Shown here piece by piece: positions 10,030 through 20,392 of a stretch of 64,000 bases of DNA. The position numbers and the translations under genes were made by a program. Within the stretch, counting starts at the first letter, position 1, and each line of letters starts with the position of its first letter. The notes under the pieces are model-generated. The model had not been told where the DNA came from. It worked only from the letters and a program-made list of their open reading frames with translations, and made no database searches. The DNA is from Methanotrichaceae archaeon. Its GTDB lineage: Archaea; Halobacteriota; Methanosarcinia; Methanotrichales; Methanotrichaceae. The stretch covers positions 352,001 to 416,000 of the forward strand of contig CAWDLW010000008.1 of assembly GCA_963803145.1 (NCBI GenBank), written 5' to 3'.

Positions 10030-11289
10030 TTAACCTGTAGGAATCACCCTTCTGAATTTCCAGGGCTTATCCAGACGCGCTGTTGCATCTACTCCTACCT
10101 TTGTGGTTATCCCATCGATGCTCCTTGGATCAAGGGTGCTGCCCCGAACATTTGGATACATGACCACGTCCTCATCGCCCCGCATGCGTGTAGCTATCGC
10201 ATACTCGATATCCAACGGATCGTAGATATCTATATCGGAATCCACTATTACTGCGTGCTTCAGCGATCCATGTGCCTTAAATGCAGCTTCAATAGCTCGC
10301 CTCGCATCAGCTTCAGTCTCCTTTTCAATCTGGACGACTGCATGGAAGTAGTTGCATCCACCATCAGTCAGTACAACATCCTTGACCCTGGCAACCTTGG
10401 AGACCTCTTTGAAAATTAATGGCTCGTAGGGAACGCCCATGAGCATCTTATGCTCGCCGCCTGCTGGCAGCAGACCTTGATATATGAAGTCCTCGCGGGT
10501 CATCATCTTCGAAAGCTTTATCACAGGCTCCTGTCGGACAAGATCATGAGTGCCTGTTATGTCTACAAAAGGCCCTTCGCTTGTACGCTCTCCAGTGATA
10601 TAGCCCTCAAGGACAATCTCAGCATGCGGCACTGGCACACCATTCTCAAGGCGGAACAGCTCGACAGGTTTTCCGCTCAGGGCACTTGCATATTGGAACT
10701 CCAAATTGGGTGGAACGCGGGTTCCGGCTGCAAAGAGGATAACAGGATCTACACCGATGGCAATGGCAACAGGCAATTGGTCCCCATTTGCAAGAGCCTT
10801 CTCGTAGAGCTGGTGAGTGTGCCTGCCCGGAACCAGCCTGGCGGCAAGCCTATCCTTCCCGAGAACCATCAGCCTATGAACGCAGGCGTTCAGATGGCCA
10901 TCGTACTCGGAAACCACAACTGCAGATGTGATGTATGGCCCCCCGTCTCCCTGGAAATGAGTCAGAATCGGCAGATTTGTGAGATCCGGCTGAGAGACGA
11001 TCTCCTGGAAGGATGAAGAATCGACCTCCTTGACAGTGCCGTCATAGTTTATTTTTCCTAAATAATGGACCAGATTCTTGGCCTGAGTACCTAAAGCTCT
11101 TGCAAGAAGATCTCTGGTGCCGACCACATTCAGGCAGCACTTATGCCCATTTACATTGTGAAAAAGGATAGGCCCCTTGCCCCAGGATTGCAATGCCACA
11201 TCAAGAAAAGGAGATACAGGCTCATGAACCTCCTTTAGAAGATCCGCCTTTTGCAAATCAGCCAGGAAACCCCTGAAGCTCATGAGCAC
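10030..11289 (-). CDS. UbiD-family (prFMN) decarboxylase, probably anhydromevalonate phosphate decarboxylase
   Basis: DGGPYITS, VHRL, EIVLEG, EGPFVDITG, VDSDIDIYDP, GSTLDP; substrate assignment is inference. Confidence 0.85.
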   Translation of the reverse strand: MLMSFRGFLADLQKADLLKEVHEPVSPFLDVALQSWGKGPILFHNVNGHKCCLNVVGTRDLLARALGTQAKNLVHYLGKINYDGTVKEVDSSSFQEIVSQPDLTNLPILTHFQGDGGPYITSAVVVSEYDGHLNACVHRLMVLGKDRLAARLVPGRHTHQLYEKALANGDQLPVAIAIGVDPVILFAAGTRVPPNLEFQYASALSGKPVELFRLENGVPVPHAEIVLEGYITGERTSEGPFVDITGTHDLVRQEPVIKLSKMMTREDFIYQGLLPAGGEHKMLMGVPYEPLIFKEVSKVARVKDVVLTDGGCNYFHAVVQIEKETEADARRAIEAAFKAHGSLKHAVIVDSDIDIYDPLDIEYAIATRMRGDEDVVMYPNVRGSTLDPRSIDGITTKVGVDATARLDKPWKFRRVIPTG

Positions 11290-11376
11290 ATCCCAAGCAT
11301 AGCCGTCTTAAAGCTTTTGTGTTATTGTTCTATTTTATGTTATCGTTCTATTTTTATTGTTCTTTTTTGCATCATA

Positions 11377-12087
11377 TCACACAAGTAGCACCGCAATCAG
11401 GCCGCTCAGGAAGACGCCATCGAATGTTCCTGCGCCGCCAATGCTTGCAATAGGCGCTCCAAGATCACGAACCTTATTCAGGTTCATTAGATCAGCGCCT
11501 ATCAGTGTCCCGAGAGTTCCGCCTACATAAGCCAAGATGAAGACGTACTGGCCCGGCGAATTGAAGAAATAGTTCATGGCAAGTGCAGCCAGGGCTGCTA
11601 TAAGAGGCGGGAGGAGGGCAGGAGTTACTATGCCAAGTCCCTTGACAGGCCGTGCAACTCTATTCATCACTATGGCCACGATGACAACACAGGCGATTGC
11701 ATAAGGCAGCGATGTTGGGAACTCGTAGAGAAGACCAATTGATATCAGAGTTGGTATCACAGCCCCGCCGAAGTTGATTGCCAGGACAGTATGTCTCGTC
11801 ATATCTTCAACGACAGGTATCCTATAGGTCACGCCGAAGACGCGGACATATGCTTCTTGCTGGACTACCGGTTCTGTCGATTTCAGGTTCGCGACTGGTA
11901 TATTAATCCCACTGCCAACCAGAGAGGCGACCAGCACAAGAAGAGCGTGCTCCCACGAGAAGCCTATTCTGGTGAAGGCGGTCCTTGCCAAGTCCAGGAA
12001 TAGAAAGCTCACGACGACAAATAGCAGAAATGCCATAATCAGCATGAAGAGCATGCCTACTGGGTTGTAGAACAACCGGCGGTCCAT
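11377..12087 (-). CDS. DUF1614 membrane protein
   Basis: GSGINIP, AINFGGAVIP, GTLIGADL, SIGGAGTFDGVFL. Confidence 0.85.
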   Translation of the reverse strand: MDRRLFYNPVGMLFMLIMAFLLFVVVSFLFLDLARTAFTRIGFSWEHALLVLVASLVGSGINIPVANLKSTEPVVQQEAYVRVFGVTYRIPVVEDMTRHTVLAINFGGAVIPTLISIGLLYEFPTSLPYAIACVVIVAIVMNRVARPVKGLGIVTPALLPPLIAALAALAMNYFFNSPGQYVFILAYVGGTLGTLIGADLMNLNKVRDLGAPIASIGGAGTFDGVFLSGLIAVLLV

Positions 12088-12304
12088 AAAGCATATTGCG
12101 CTTTAATGGTATAAAATTATTAGCAACGGCGTATGATGTTTTTAACAAATTTATTACATAGGACCACAGCTATGAGCGCTTCTCCTGGCATATGATTTTA
12201 TCGAAGATAAATTGAGGGATCATAATATCGACTATGCTGTTATACACTATGCCATCAGGAAAATCTGCAAAAAGGTTTTGTAAGCGTACATCCTTTTTCT
12301 GGCC

Positions 12305-13429
12305 ATGAAGGAGAAGTGGCTGCTTGCCTCCGAGGGCTCCTGGGAAGATATCAAGCCCAGGATTACCACAGCGCTCGAATCCGGGTTCGATTGCGTCATC
12401 GTCGCCCCTGAAAACATCGCCCGCGTAAGAGAGCTCGGCAGCATCAAAGTTGCATGCTTCGGCACAGAACGTGGATCTGAGGATATTCTGATCATAGGCA
12501 AAAACGGTGAGGGCGATGGCTCGATGCCGCTGCCTCAGAACTTCAGTAGCTCAATGGATATTGCTATCGCAAAGACCATTGAAGGGCAGAAGGCAGGTTA
12601 TGTAGTCATAGCGAACAAAAGGTACGAGTTGTTCGCGGTCGAGCTGGGCAGGCATGTCAATTACCTGATAGTAATAGGAACGGACTGGAAGGTCATTCCG
12701 CTGGAGAACATGATAGCGGGCCTTCAGGGCTCGAAGGTCAAGATCGTGAGCGGCGTGAAGACTGCCGAAGAGGCTAAACTGGCGCTGGGTACTCTTGAGA
12801 AGGGCTCTGATGGTGTGCTTCTTGTCGCTTCAGATCTATCGGAGATAAAGAAGGTTCAGAAGGAGGCAGAGCAGTCTGAAAAAGAGCGCCTGAAGCTCGT
12901 TTCTGCGAAGATCACAAACGTCAAGCCTGTTGGCATGGGCGACAGAGTTTGCGTTGATACCGCCACTATGATGCACTTTGGTGAGGGCATGCTTATCGGC
13001 TCCCAGGCAAGAGGCTTCTTCCTTGTGCACAGCGAATCCGAGGACAGCCCTTACGTGGCTGCGCGACCCTTCAGGGTGAACGCAGGAGCCGTTCACGCAT
13101 ATATCAAGGTCGGCGATAAAACACGCTATCTATCCGAGCTGAAGGCAGGAGATGAAGTTACGATCGTAAGCAAAGACGGCGAGGCACGGACAGCGATCGT
13201 AGGCAGGTCAAAGATAGAGAAGAGGCCGCTGATACTTGTGGAGGCCGAGGCGAACGGTGAGAGAATAAGCACACTTCTTCAGAATGCAGAGACCATAAAG
13301 CTCGTTGGGGCGGACAGCATGCCCAAATCGGTTGCAGATCTGAAAGCGGGTGACGAGGTTCTCATTTACCTTGAAAGCGGAGCAAGGCATTTCGGCATGA
13401 GCATAGAGGAGAGTATCATTGAAAAGTGA
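12305..13429 (+). CDS. aroB: 3-dehydroquinate synthase II (archaeal AroB')
   Basis: [36 protein letters not shown]. Confidence 0.93.
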   Translation: MKEKWLLASEGSWEDIKPRITTALESGFDCVIVAPENIARVRELGSIKVACFGTERGSEDILIIGKNGEGDGSMPLPQNFSSSMDIAIAKTIEGQKAGYVVIANKRYELFAVELGRHVNYLIVIGTDWKVIPLENMIAGLQGSKVKIVSGVKTAEEAKLALGTLEKGSDGVLLVASDLSEIKKVQKEAEQSEKERLKLVSAKITNVKPVGMGDRVCVDTATMMHFGEGMLIGSQARGFFLVHSESEDSPYVAARPFRVNAGAVHAYIKVGDKTRYLSELKAGDEVTIVSKDGEARTAIVGRSKIEKRPLILVEAEANGERISTLLQNAETIKLVGADSMPKSVADLKAGDEVLIYLESGARHFGMSIEESIIEK

Positions 13430-14105
13430 TAATATTAACAGTATTGATAATAAGAAGCTAAAGCCTCGCATAATCGCAGCCCTGGGAAAGGATGCCGCCC
13501 GCGATATCTCGGCCTGCGAAGATGCTGACATGATTGAGGTCAGGCTCGATCTTATCGATAAGCCTCTGGAGACTTTGAAGGTAGTGCGAAGCGCTACAGA
13601 GAAGCCAATCATCGTCACCAACCGAATGAAATCCGAAGGCGGGCAGTTCAGCGGCAGTGAACGAGAGCGCATTCGAATTTTATCAGAGGCCGCCGACTAT
13701 GCCGACTGGGTGGACATCGAGCTGAAAGCGGAAATGAGAGATGAGCTTTTGGGGATGATCGACAAGCCAGCCATCGTCTCCTACCACGACTTCGTCGGCA
13801 TGCCCCTGAGAGAGGAGCTTATCGCGATACTGATGGAGATGAAGCAAACAGGAGCGAAGATCGCAAAGATCGCCGTGACTCCATCAAGCCGGAAAGATAA
13901 TCTTGCGATCTTGGATTTTCTCCTGGATGCCGACATGCCGCTCTGCATGATCGCCATGGGCAAGATCGGCCGCCACTTGCGGGCGGTTGCGCCCATCTAC
14001 GGCTCAGTATTAACCTATGGATATGTCTCTCAGGCCGTGGCTCCAGGGCAAATGAGCATTTCAGAATTGAGAACATCACTGAAGCTGCTGGATACTGATT
14101 TTTAA
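13419..14105 (+). CDS. aroD: Type I 3-dehydroquinate dehydratase
   Basis: IEVRLD, EGGQF, VDIE, IVSYHDF, IAKIAV, APGQ; overlaps the aroB' stop. Confidence 0.9.
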   Translation: MKSDNINSIDNKKLKPRIIAALGKDAARDISACEDADMIEVRLDLIDKPLETLKVVRSATEKPIIVTNRMKSEGGQFSGSERERIRILSEAADYADWVDIELKAEMRDELLGMIDKPAIVSYHDFVGMPLREELIAILMEMKQTGAKIAKIAVTPSSRKDNLAILDFLLDADMPLCMIAMGKIGRHLRAVAPIYGSVLTYGYVSQAVAPGQMSISELRTSLKLLDTDF

Positions 14106-14155
14106 TATCTGATAAAATCAGGTAGTCTACCCAAATTGAATTGATTTACGCCATT

Positions 14156-14210
14156 CTTCGAGCCCTTCGCGGCTTCGCGTGAAATGAGTTGGCTCTCGAA
14201 GTCGTGAAAT
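14156..14210. repeat. REP-like short intergenic repeat (CTTCGCG x3 + GTGA type)
   Basis: CTTCGAGCC CTTCGCGG CTTCGCGTGA, then a degenerate inverted arm; same period as the elements at 17589 and 62481. Confidence 0.45.
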
Positions 14211-14423
14211 ACAATGATTTCTATACTCATCAACAAAAGTAGACCGACGAAAAATGCCATAGAATTTAATTGTGGTTGGACATACTCAACTTCTTATCTA
14301 CACGTGGTAACTTATACAACTTGCAGAGATCCGCAATTGAGAAGGTATTTATAAAAATCTGCTATGGCTTTGATGATCCAAAAAATATAGTAATGGGCTT
14401 ACAGGTTATACATACTGGGTTAA

Positions 14424-14451
14424 AGCTGGGATTGGCCTCAGTATCCCAGCT
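14424..14451 (-). terminator. Hairpin downstream of the 494-aa gene
   Basis: AGCTGGGAT/ATCCCAGCT 9-bp inverted repeat just after the stop. Confidence 0.4.
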
Positions 14452-14460
14452 CCATTTATC

Positions 14461-15945
14461 CTACTTCTTTGGGCTGAATTTTATAGCACGATCATACATG
14501 ATCTCTGAGTAGGATGGCCCTGTCTTTGTAGCTTTTTCGAGGTAGCTCCTCCAGCCAATGTAAAGCGGCTGATCGAGGGCTATGCCGTAGGCTCCAGGAC
14601 CGGTGGGGACCTCAAAGCAGTGCGGATCGCCATTGGCATGCCTAGCGATCTTATAGACATAGAGGTATTTCGCATTAGGATCGTTGGGAAGGTACGCTTC
14701 GGCAGTTCCATTGAAATTCTGATCAGTGACGACTCCAACGCCATTCCACCCATTTGCTCCATAGATGGTGAAGCTAGAGTATGTTGCCTTTCCTGCTGCT
14801 ACATGGTTAACACCATAGACAATTATATAGTCATTCTTATCATTGCCCAAAGTAATTGCTGGATGTGGTACAAAATCATAGTACTTCGAGAGATTAGGGA
14901 AAACTGGTGTCGGCAAATCGGGAGTTCGGTCTGATGTCCATAAATAGCAGCAATCGTTGTCAGGGAGTATATCGTCCATTCCTCTTTGAATGCCATCACT
15001 TCCTGTTGGTACTGCTATGCTGGTTGGAAGCTCTGTGGAACTCAAATTGCTATATTTATTGAGAATAGCCTCTCTCAGTTGTTCTAGATCAGGCATAAGG
15101 TCAAACTCTGTTTTGCCCGTTCCACGTACCCTTAGCTCTGGATAATTATATGGGTCTAGCTTTGTAGATTCGTTGGGAGTTATGCGGAGGACGATTGCGG
15201 GCGTGTTATTGAGATACTTCTCACCGGCTTGCTTGTCGTTGTATAGAGCGGCACGGAGTAGTGTAGCAAATGTATCGGAGTTATTTTCTGATCCCAAGTT
15301 CAGCATTGTTGAGGGAAGCACCACAGTGTTAAATATGTCGCTCTGATACCCTGCTGATAAGGCAGCAGCACGGACACGTTGATCAATGCCTCTGTCGGCT
15401 GTGGTAATTATCAAGGTAGTTTGATTGAACGGATTTCCAGCCAATCCATTTGGAGTTCCTTCCGTATTGATGACTAAGTTGTTCAGTGTATCGCCCACGT
15501 TGGCAGCGAGCCATCGGGTCTCGTTTCCGTATGTTCTAGCCATAACATAAGTATCGAAACTGAAATACCTGCATTCCGGGGGTGTTCTTCCCACAAAAAC
15601 AATGGCTTCATCCGAACGGATATTCAACATGGGCGTTGTATTCCCGCTCATTCCCAGCACTCTAGTTATCTTAGAAAACAGTTCAGATACCTTATGACCA
15701 GGCGCCGGTGGAACGAAATACTGTAAATATCTTGTGGTAGGATTGTTTCCATAAGCTGAAGGCAATATTCCCATGTTATATAACTTAATGATATCAAAAT
15801 ATCCCATCGAGCCTTGTTGTACAGTGAATCCATCCTTTTCCAAGGCTTGTTTAAAAGCATTCGCATCTCCTCTTGTCGCATTCTGTGCAATGCAGGTTCC
15901 TATTAACACAGCGAATAGAAACACCAATATTATATATGATTTCAT
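14461..15945 (-). CDS. Secreted hypothetical protein (494 aa)
   Basis: GAGGAG RBS, signal peptide MKSYIILVFLFAVLIGTCIA; family not recognised. Confidence 0.75.
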   Translation of the reverse strand: MKSYIILVFLFAVLIGTCIAQNATRGDANAFKQALEKDGFTVQQGSMGYFDIIKLYNMGILPSAYGNNPTTRYLQYFVPPAPGHKVSELFSKITRVLGMSGNTTPMLNIRSDEAIVFVGRTPPECRYFSFDTYVMARTYGNETRWLAANVGDTLNNLVINTEGTPNGLAGNPFNQTTLIITTADRGIDQRVRAAALSAGYQSDIFNTVVLPSTMLNLGSENNSDTFATLLRAALYNDKQAGEKYLNNTPAIVLRITPNESTKLDPYNYPELRVRGTGKTEFDLMPDLEQLREAILNKYSNLSSTELPTSIAVPTGSDGIQRGMDDILPDNDCCYLWTSDRTPDLPTPVFPNLSKYYDFVPHPAITLGNDKNDYIIVYGVNHVAAGKATYSSFTIYGANGWNGVGVVTDQNFNGTAEAYLPNDPNAKYLYVYKIARHANGDPHCFEVPTGPGAYGIALDQPLYIGWRSYLEKATKTGPSYSEIMYDRAIKFSPKK

Positions 15946-16467
15946 ATGTTTCTCCTCATATCAGTTAATTTATCATGAAATTATCATCAATCTACAAAAA
16001 GCTTTGGTGGTTATGTAGACCTATAATGTAAACACAAACGCATAATGATGTGCTAGAATCTCATCCCCGCACGTATAGACAGATACAGGATAGGCATCAA
16101 TAGGCTCAGTCTTGAATAGTGGAAGCTGAAGGTTACCAGTAAGTCTACTGAACTAGCGTATTCGCATAAGTCATGGAATAACTGAGGGTAGATATCCATT
16201 TCCAAAAGAGTTTAATTCTGGTGATCCGTATGATTTAATACATTACGATCCTAATGAATATACCTTTCAGGTCCTCGATTCACTTTATGTTAAAAAAGAG
16301 AAGAAGAACTAGGTAGGTTATGTACGCTCCAATGGGAGAGAGCTGATTGAACTTACCGAAAAGGACCTCCATTTTTCGAATAATTCTAATAGCGTGAAAC
16401 TTCTGACTATAATGGAAATCAGAAATTACAATACAATAAGGCAGGCAATCAACTAACCTGCCGATCT

Positions 16468-16640
16468 CTCCTCATGTGAACCGTCCCGGAGGGCGTTAGC
16501 CCGTCGCGGCTACTCACGCGACAGCCCCGTAACCATTAGCGCGGGAGCGAAGCGACTCGCGGGCATTCCGGAATTAGAGCGCTGTAAAGTTGACTGAGAC
16601 TTGGCTTATGGACAGATGGTAAAGTCTGGTCCTGGAGGAG
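16468..16640. repeat. GC-rich structured intergenic element with nested hairpins
   Basis: CTCCTC...GAGGAG ends; GTCGCG/CGCGAC stem; CGCGGG-AGCGAAGCGA-CTCGCG containing a GCGAAGC mini-hairpin. Confidence 0.4.
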
Positions 16641-16741
16641 TCCAAGCTTTTTACGGCCTCAACGGTAGATTGATAGCTCGACGAACAACATTAAAAAGTT
16701 TAATAAGTGCTTTATACCATCAGAGGATCGGAGTTGAATAT

Positions 16742-17536
16742 ATGGGATACGCAAGTGTAGGAGACATCCGTATATACTACGAGATCCAGGGTCTTGGAGA
16801 ACCGTTGCTCTTGATTATGGGTCTAGGCGGCCATATCCTGGACTGGGGAGGGTCCCTGCCGCAAGAACTGGCAAAGCATTATCAGGTTATCATGTTTGAC
16901 AACCGCGGCGCTGGTCGGACCGATCGGCCAGCAGGGCCTTACAGCATAACACAGATGGCAAACGACACAGTTGGGCTAATGAATGCAATTGGACTGAAAC
17001 AGGCATCTATTTTCGGCGTCAGCATGGGCAGCATGATCGCTCAGGAAATTGCCTTGAATTATCCTGATAAAGTGGCAAGGCTTGTGCTTGGATGTACCCA
17101 TACTGGTGGCGATAAGCAGGTTAAGCCAGCTCCGGAAATTGAGGTTTATCTGCTGCCGAGAACTGACTTGACACTTCAGGGAGCTTTGTGGTGGAGTGCG
17201 CCGGCGGGCTATCCTCAGGAGTTCATCTACGCACATCCAGAAATCGTTGAGCGAGAGATACAGGCAAACATGGCCTACCCATGCCTGCTGCATGCCTATC
17301 AAGCCCAGCTCGCTGCCTTCAAGGCATACGATTCTCACTCAGGCATATCGTCAATCAAGGTGCCGACCCTATTGATCACGGGCCAGAAGGATGTCCTGAT
17401 CCCTCCGGAAAACAGCCGCATCCTGAGCCGGCAAATACCCAATGCTCAGCTTAAGGAGATTAAGGGCGCTGGACACTTGTTCTGGATCAGCCATCCAGAC
17501 GAGACGCTTTCGGGATTAACATCGTTTCTTGGGTGA
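16742..17536 (+). CDS. Alpha/beta-fold hydrolase
   Basis: DNRGAG, GVSMG nucleophile elbow, GQKDVLIP, GAGH; ATG 16742 follows GGAG. Confidence 0.9.
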   Translation: MGYASVGDIRIYYEIQGLGEPLLLIMGLGGHILDWGGSLPQELAKHYQVIMFDNRGAGRTDRPAGPYSITQMANDTVGLMNAIGLKQASIFGVSMGSMIAQEIALNYPDKVARLVLGCTHTGGDKQVKPAPEIEVYLLPRTDLTLQGALWWSAPAGYPQEFIYAHPEIVEREIQANMAYPCLLHAYQAQLAAFKAYDSHSGISSIKVPTLLITGQKDVLIPPENSRILSRQIPNAQLKEIKGAGHLFWISHPDETLSGLTSFLG

Positions 17537-17570
17537 ATAGAAATCTGGCCCTTCGCTGTTTAGCGTGGGT

Positions 17571-17719
17571 AAGGTAGGCACTTATGGCTTCACCACAGAG
17601 GCACAGAGACGCAGAGAAAAAAAAAATAATAATATTGGAATTCCTCTGTGCCTCTCTTGTCTCTGTGGTGAACGTTCTCTAAACTCCGCAGAAAGCACAA
17701 TGTCTCTCAGGCCTATCTT
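17571..17719. repeat. Palindromic REP/MITE-like element (CACCACAGAG family)
   Basis: TTCACCACAGAG (17589-17600) and CTCTGTGGTGAA (17661-17672) form a perfect inverted repeat; outer AAGGTAGGC/GCCTATCTT. Confidence 0.65.
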
Positions 17720-17888
17720 GAATCTGCCATTAGAAAAAAGCGAGGAGCCATAATTCTAAACAGGCATCTAGGATATTCAGTTCTGCTTCGCTATTTTGAG
17801 CGCATATATTGCAGGCATTGGCAAAGCCAAAATTTTTATTGAGATGAGGCGTTTATTTATTGAATTACTAACGATTGAAGTGATTGCA

Positions 17889-19289
17889 ATGGCCGCTCCC
17901 TCAGACAGAAAATCCATATTACTGATAACAGCAAGTGGATCCTTCCTGGCTCCATTCATGGTCTCATCCATTATTGTCGCCATTCCCACCATCGGCAGGG
18001 AGTTTTCAATGAGCGCTGTTGAGATGAGCCAGCTTGCCACTGCCTTCTTTCTGGCTGCATCCATGTTCCTTGTTCCTTTCGGCAGAGCAGCCGATATCCT
18101 CGGGGTCAAGAGGATTTTCACAACTGGGATCTACATATATCTCTTCTCGGCGCTTCTGTCCGCCTTTGCCCCTAGCTCAGCGGTTCTTATTGGAGCGAGA
18201 TTCCTGACAGGAGTTGGCGCTGCAATGATTTTTGGGACTTCCTTTGCTCTACTGAGCCTTACTCTTCCGCAAAGTGAGCGAGGCCAGGCTCTGGGCGTAA
18301 ACATCTCAGCCAGTCTGTTGGGCTTTGCTCTGGGCTTCCAGATAGGCGGGCTCTTGACTTATTATGTCAGCTGGCGGGGATTCTTCCTCCTGACGCTGCC
18401 CATAGATCTTCTGGTCATTGCACTATTACGTCTTAAGCTGCCTGGAGAATGCGCTCTCTCGAAAGGGCAAAAGCTGGACCTGCCGGGCTCAGCTCTGGTT
18501 GCAATCATGCTTTTTGCGATTGTTGCAGGATTTTCAGAGCTTCCAAGGGTCATTGGGGCTTTTCTGTTGATAGCGGGTTTGATGCTTTTTGTTGTATTCG
18601 CCTGGTGGGAGATGAGGAGCAAAAGTCCGATCATCGATATAAGGCTCTTATCAAAAAACCGACCTTTCACTTTAGCCAATGGAGCAGTCCTCGCCTACAA
18701 TGCAGGCTCCTTTGGAGTTATCTTTCTCTTCAGCCTTTACCTGCAGTACATTCAAGGGTTCGATCCCCGTCAAGTCGGCCTGGTTCTTCTGGTATTCACT
18801 CTGATCATGGCGGCTCTGGTGAGCTATGCCGGCAAGCTCTCAGACAGGTATAGGCCATACCTTATCTCATCGACAGGAATTCTGATCACCATTTTTGGAC
18901 TCCTCCTGCTGTTTAGGACCATCAATTCAGCCACGCCGTTAATTGAAGCCTTGATCGGATTCCTTTTGATAATAATAGGAGGAGCACTATTTCCTCCGCC
19001 GATGGTGAAGACCGTCCTCAGCTGTATCCCAAGGGAGATGTACGGCCTTGGGGGAAGCCTGGAGGAGATGATGAGGCTTCTAGGGAATACTATGAGCATG
19101 GCATTTATCTCAATCGTATTCACTCACTTCTTAGGAGGAAGCGCAATCATGCCGGAGAATTATCCGAACTTGCTTGTGAGCATGAGGGCGGTATTCGTGA
19201 TATTCAGCTTGTTCACGTTCACAACATTTTTGATGGTCTTCTGGTATGCCTATATGAAACAGCGCAGTAATGAAGTTACATGCGAGTAG
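17889..19289 (+). CDS. MFS transporter (DHA2/EmrB-like)
   Basis: GRAADILGVKR, ARFLTGVGAA, ERGQALG, WRGFF, GKLSDR; ~14 TM. Confidence 0.9.
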   Translation: MAAPSDRKSILLITASGSFLAPFMVSSIIVAIPTIGREFSMSAVEMSQLATAFFLAASMFLVPFGRAADILGVKRIFTTGIYIYLFSALLSAFAPSSAVLIGARFLTGVGAAMIFGTSFALLSLTLPQSERGQALGVNISASLLGFALGFQIGGLLTYYVSWRGFFLLTLPIDLLVIALLRLKLPGECALSKGQKLDLPGSALVAIMLFAIVAGFSELPRVIGAFLLIAGLMLFVVFAWWEMRSKSPIIDIRLLSKNRPFTLANGAVLAYNAGSFGVIFLFSLYLQYIQGFDPRQVGLVLLVFTLIMAALVSYAGKLSDRYRPYLISSTGILITIFGLLLLFRTINSATPLIEALIGFLLIIIGGALFPPPMVKTVLSCIPREMYGLGGSLEEMMRLLGNTMSMAFISIVFTHFLGGSAIMPENYPNLLVSMRAVFVIFSLFTFTTFLMVFWYAYMKQRSNEVTCE

Positions 19290-19518
19290 GAGATGCGACT
19301 GCAAAATACCACTCTAAGTCTCGATATAGGAAGACATCGATGATATCGATGAATTAAATCTGCTTCTATCGATCGCGGGATAACATAGGATTCGGAGCGC
19401 AAAAGAGATTAGAGTTTAAGCTGAAGTTTATAATTATAAAATAATCTAACGATTTCGGTCAACGAAATCACTTTATTACTTAAATTCTGTAATAGATATT
19501 AGAGGAAGTACATTACAT

Positions 19519-19761
19519 ATGGACCAAAATGAAAGCCAAGAAACGCCACCGGGACTTGCGCTAAGGGTTGCCGTATCCATAGTAGTTTTATTTGGCGGGC
19601 TGATCGCTGCAATAATTTACACTGCATTCTTCGCTTCATCATTCAGCGCTTTCCAAAAAATTGCTGTTATCCTGGTCGTCATTCTTGCAATAATAGCCAT
19701 ACTTGGTTCAATGTGGACACACTGGGGCATGCGATATGGCATGAGAAGAAAAAACGAATGA
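19519..19761 (+). CDS. Small two-TM membrane protein
   Basis: Two hydrophobic segments; GAGG RBS upstream. Confidence 0.7.
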   Translation: MDQNESQETPPGLALRVAVSIVVLFGGLIAAIIYTAFFASSFSAFQKIAVILVVILAIIAILGSMWTHWGMRYGMRRKNE

Positions 19762-20303
19762 GAGACAGGTCGGATGCTGCAGGTTATATATCTAAAGTAT
19801 CTCTCTCAGCCGTTTACCTTATGCCTTTCTTGCCTTAATCCCAATTTTCTTTATGTATTTTTATGCCTTCCTATGATGCGATCATAGAACATATCGGTTT
19901 TTTTGCCTGGCGCGATTTAATCCTGAGGATGAAGAATTCTTTAGCGCTTCAGCACAACAGATAGCGGAAATCGTTCATCTATCCAATTCGACCTTATAGC
20001 ACGCGTTTTTCCAAAACTTCCCCCGTTGAGGGGTTAGGGGTAGCTCGCGCGGCGACTGAGCGCGCTAGTATGGCCGTTAGTGTTAGCCCCAGAAGCAAAG
20101 TCAAGTTGGTTGCACAAAGAGCAATCGAGAGCTATAACATGATAGCAACGTTAGCAGTAGCCCCAAAAGTAAGTATAAAGCTCTTGAACTATAATAGCAG
20201 GCCTAAAGGCTGAATCAACTGAAACTTCTAAGATCGTAATCTCTTCTCCCGCTCGCTTCAAACAATCCAGAAGCTCATCAATTTGCAACTGTCGCTAATA
20301 TGC

Positions 20304-20344
20304 CAGAAAGTATATATACGATGATAGACGTAGTATATTACGTC
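20304..20344 (+). promoter_or_regulatory. BRE-TATA promoter with downstream palindrome
   Basis: CAGAAAG-TATATATA, then GACGTA-N6-TACGTC; an AAGGAG RBS follows at ~20379. Confidence 0.5.
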
Positions 20345-20392
20345 ATAAGTCGATATAAGATTGGAGTAGCTGAAGAAGAAGGAGATAAAAAA

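Noticed and set aside
11320-11370. Short TTATTGTTCT-like repeats
   Set aside because: Low-complexity AT-rich intergenic sequence with no further structure.
16150-16457. Pyrrolysine readthrough of in-frame TAG codons
   Set aside because: No start codon, an upstream in-frame TGA, no recognisable Pyl protein family and no pyl genes in the window; decay is simpler.
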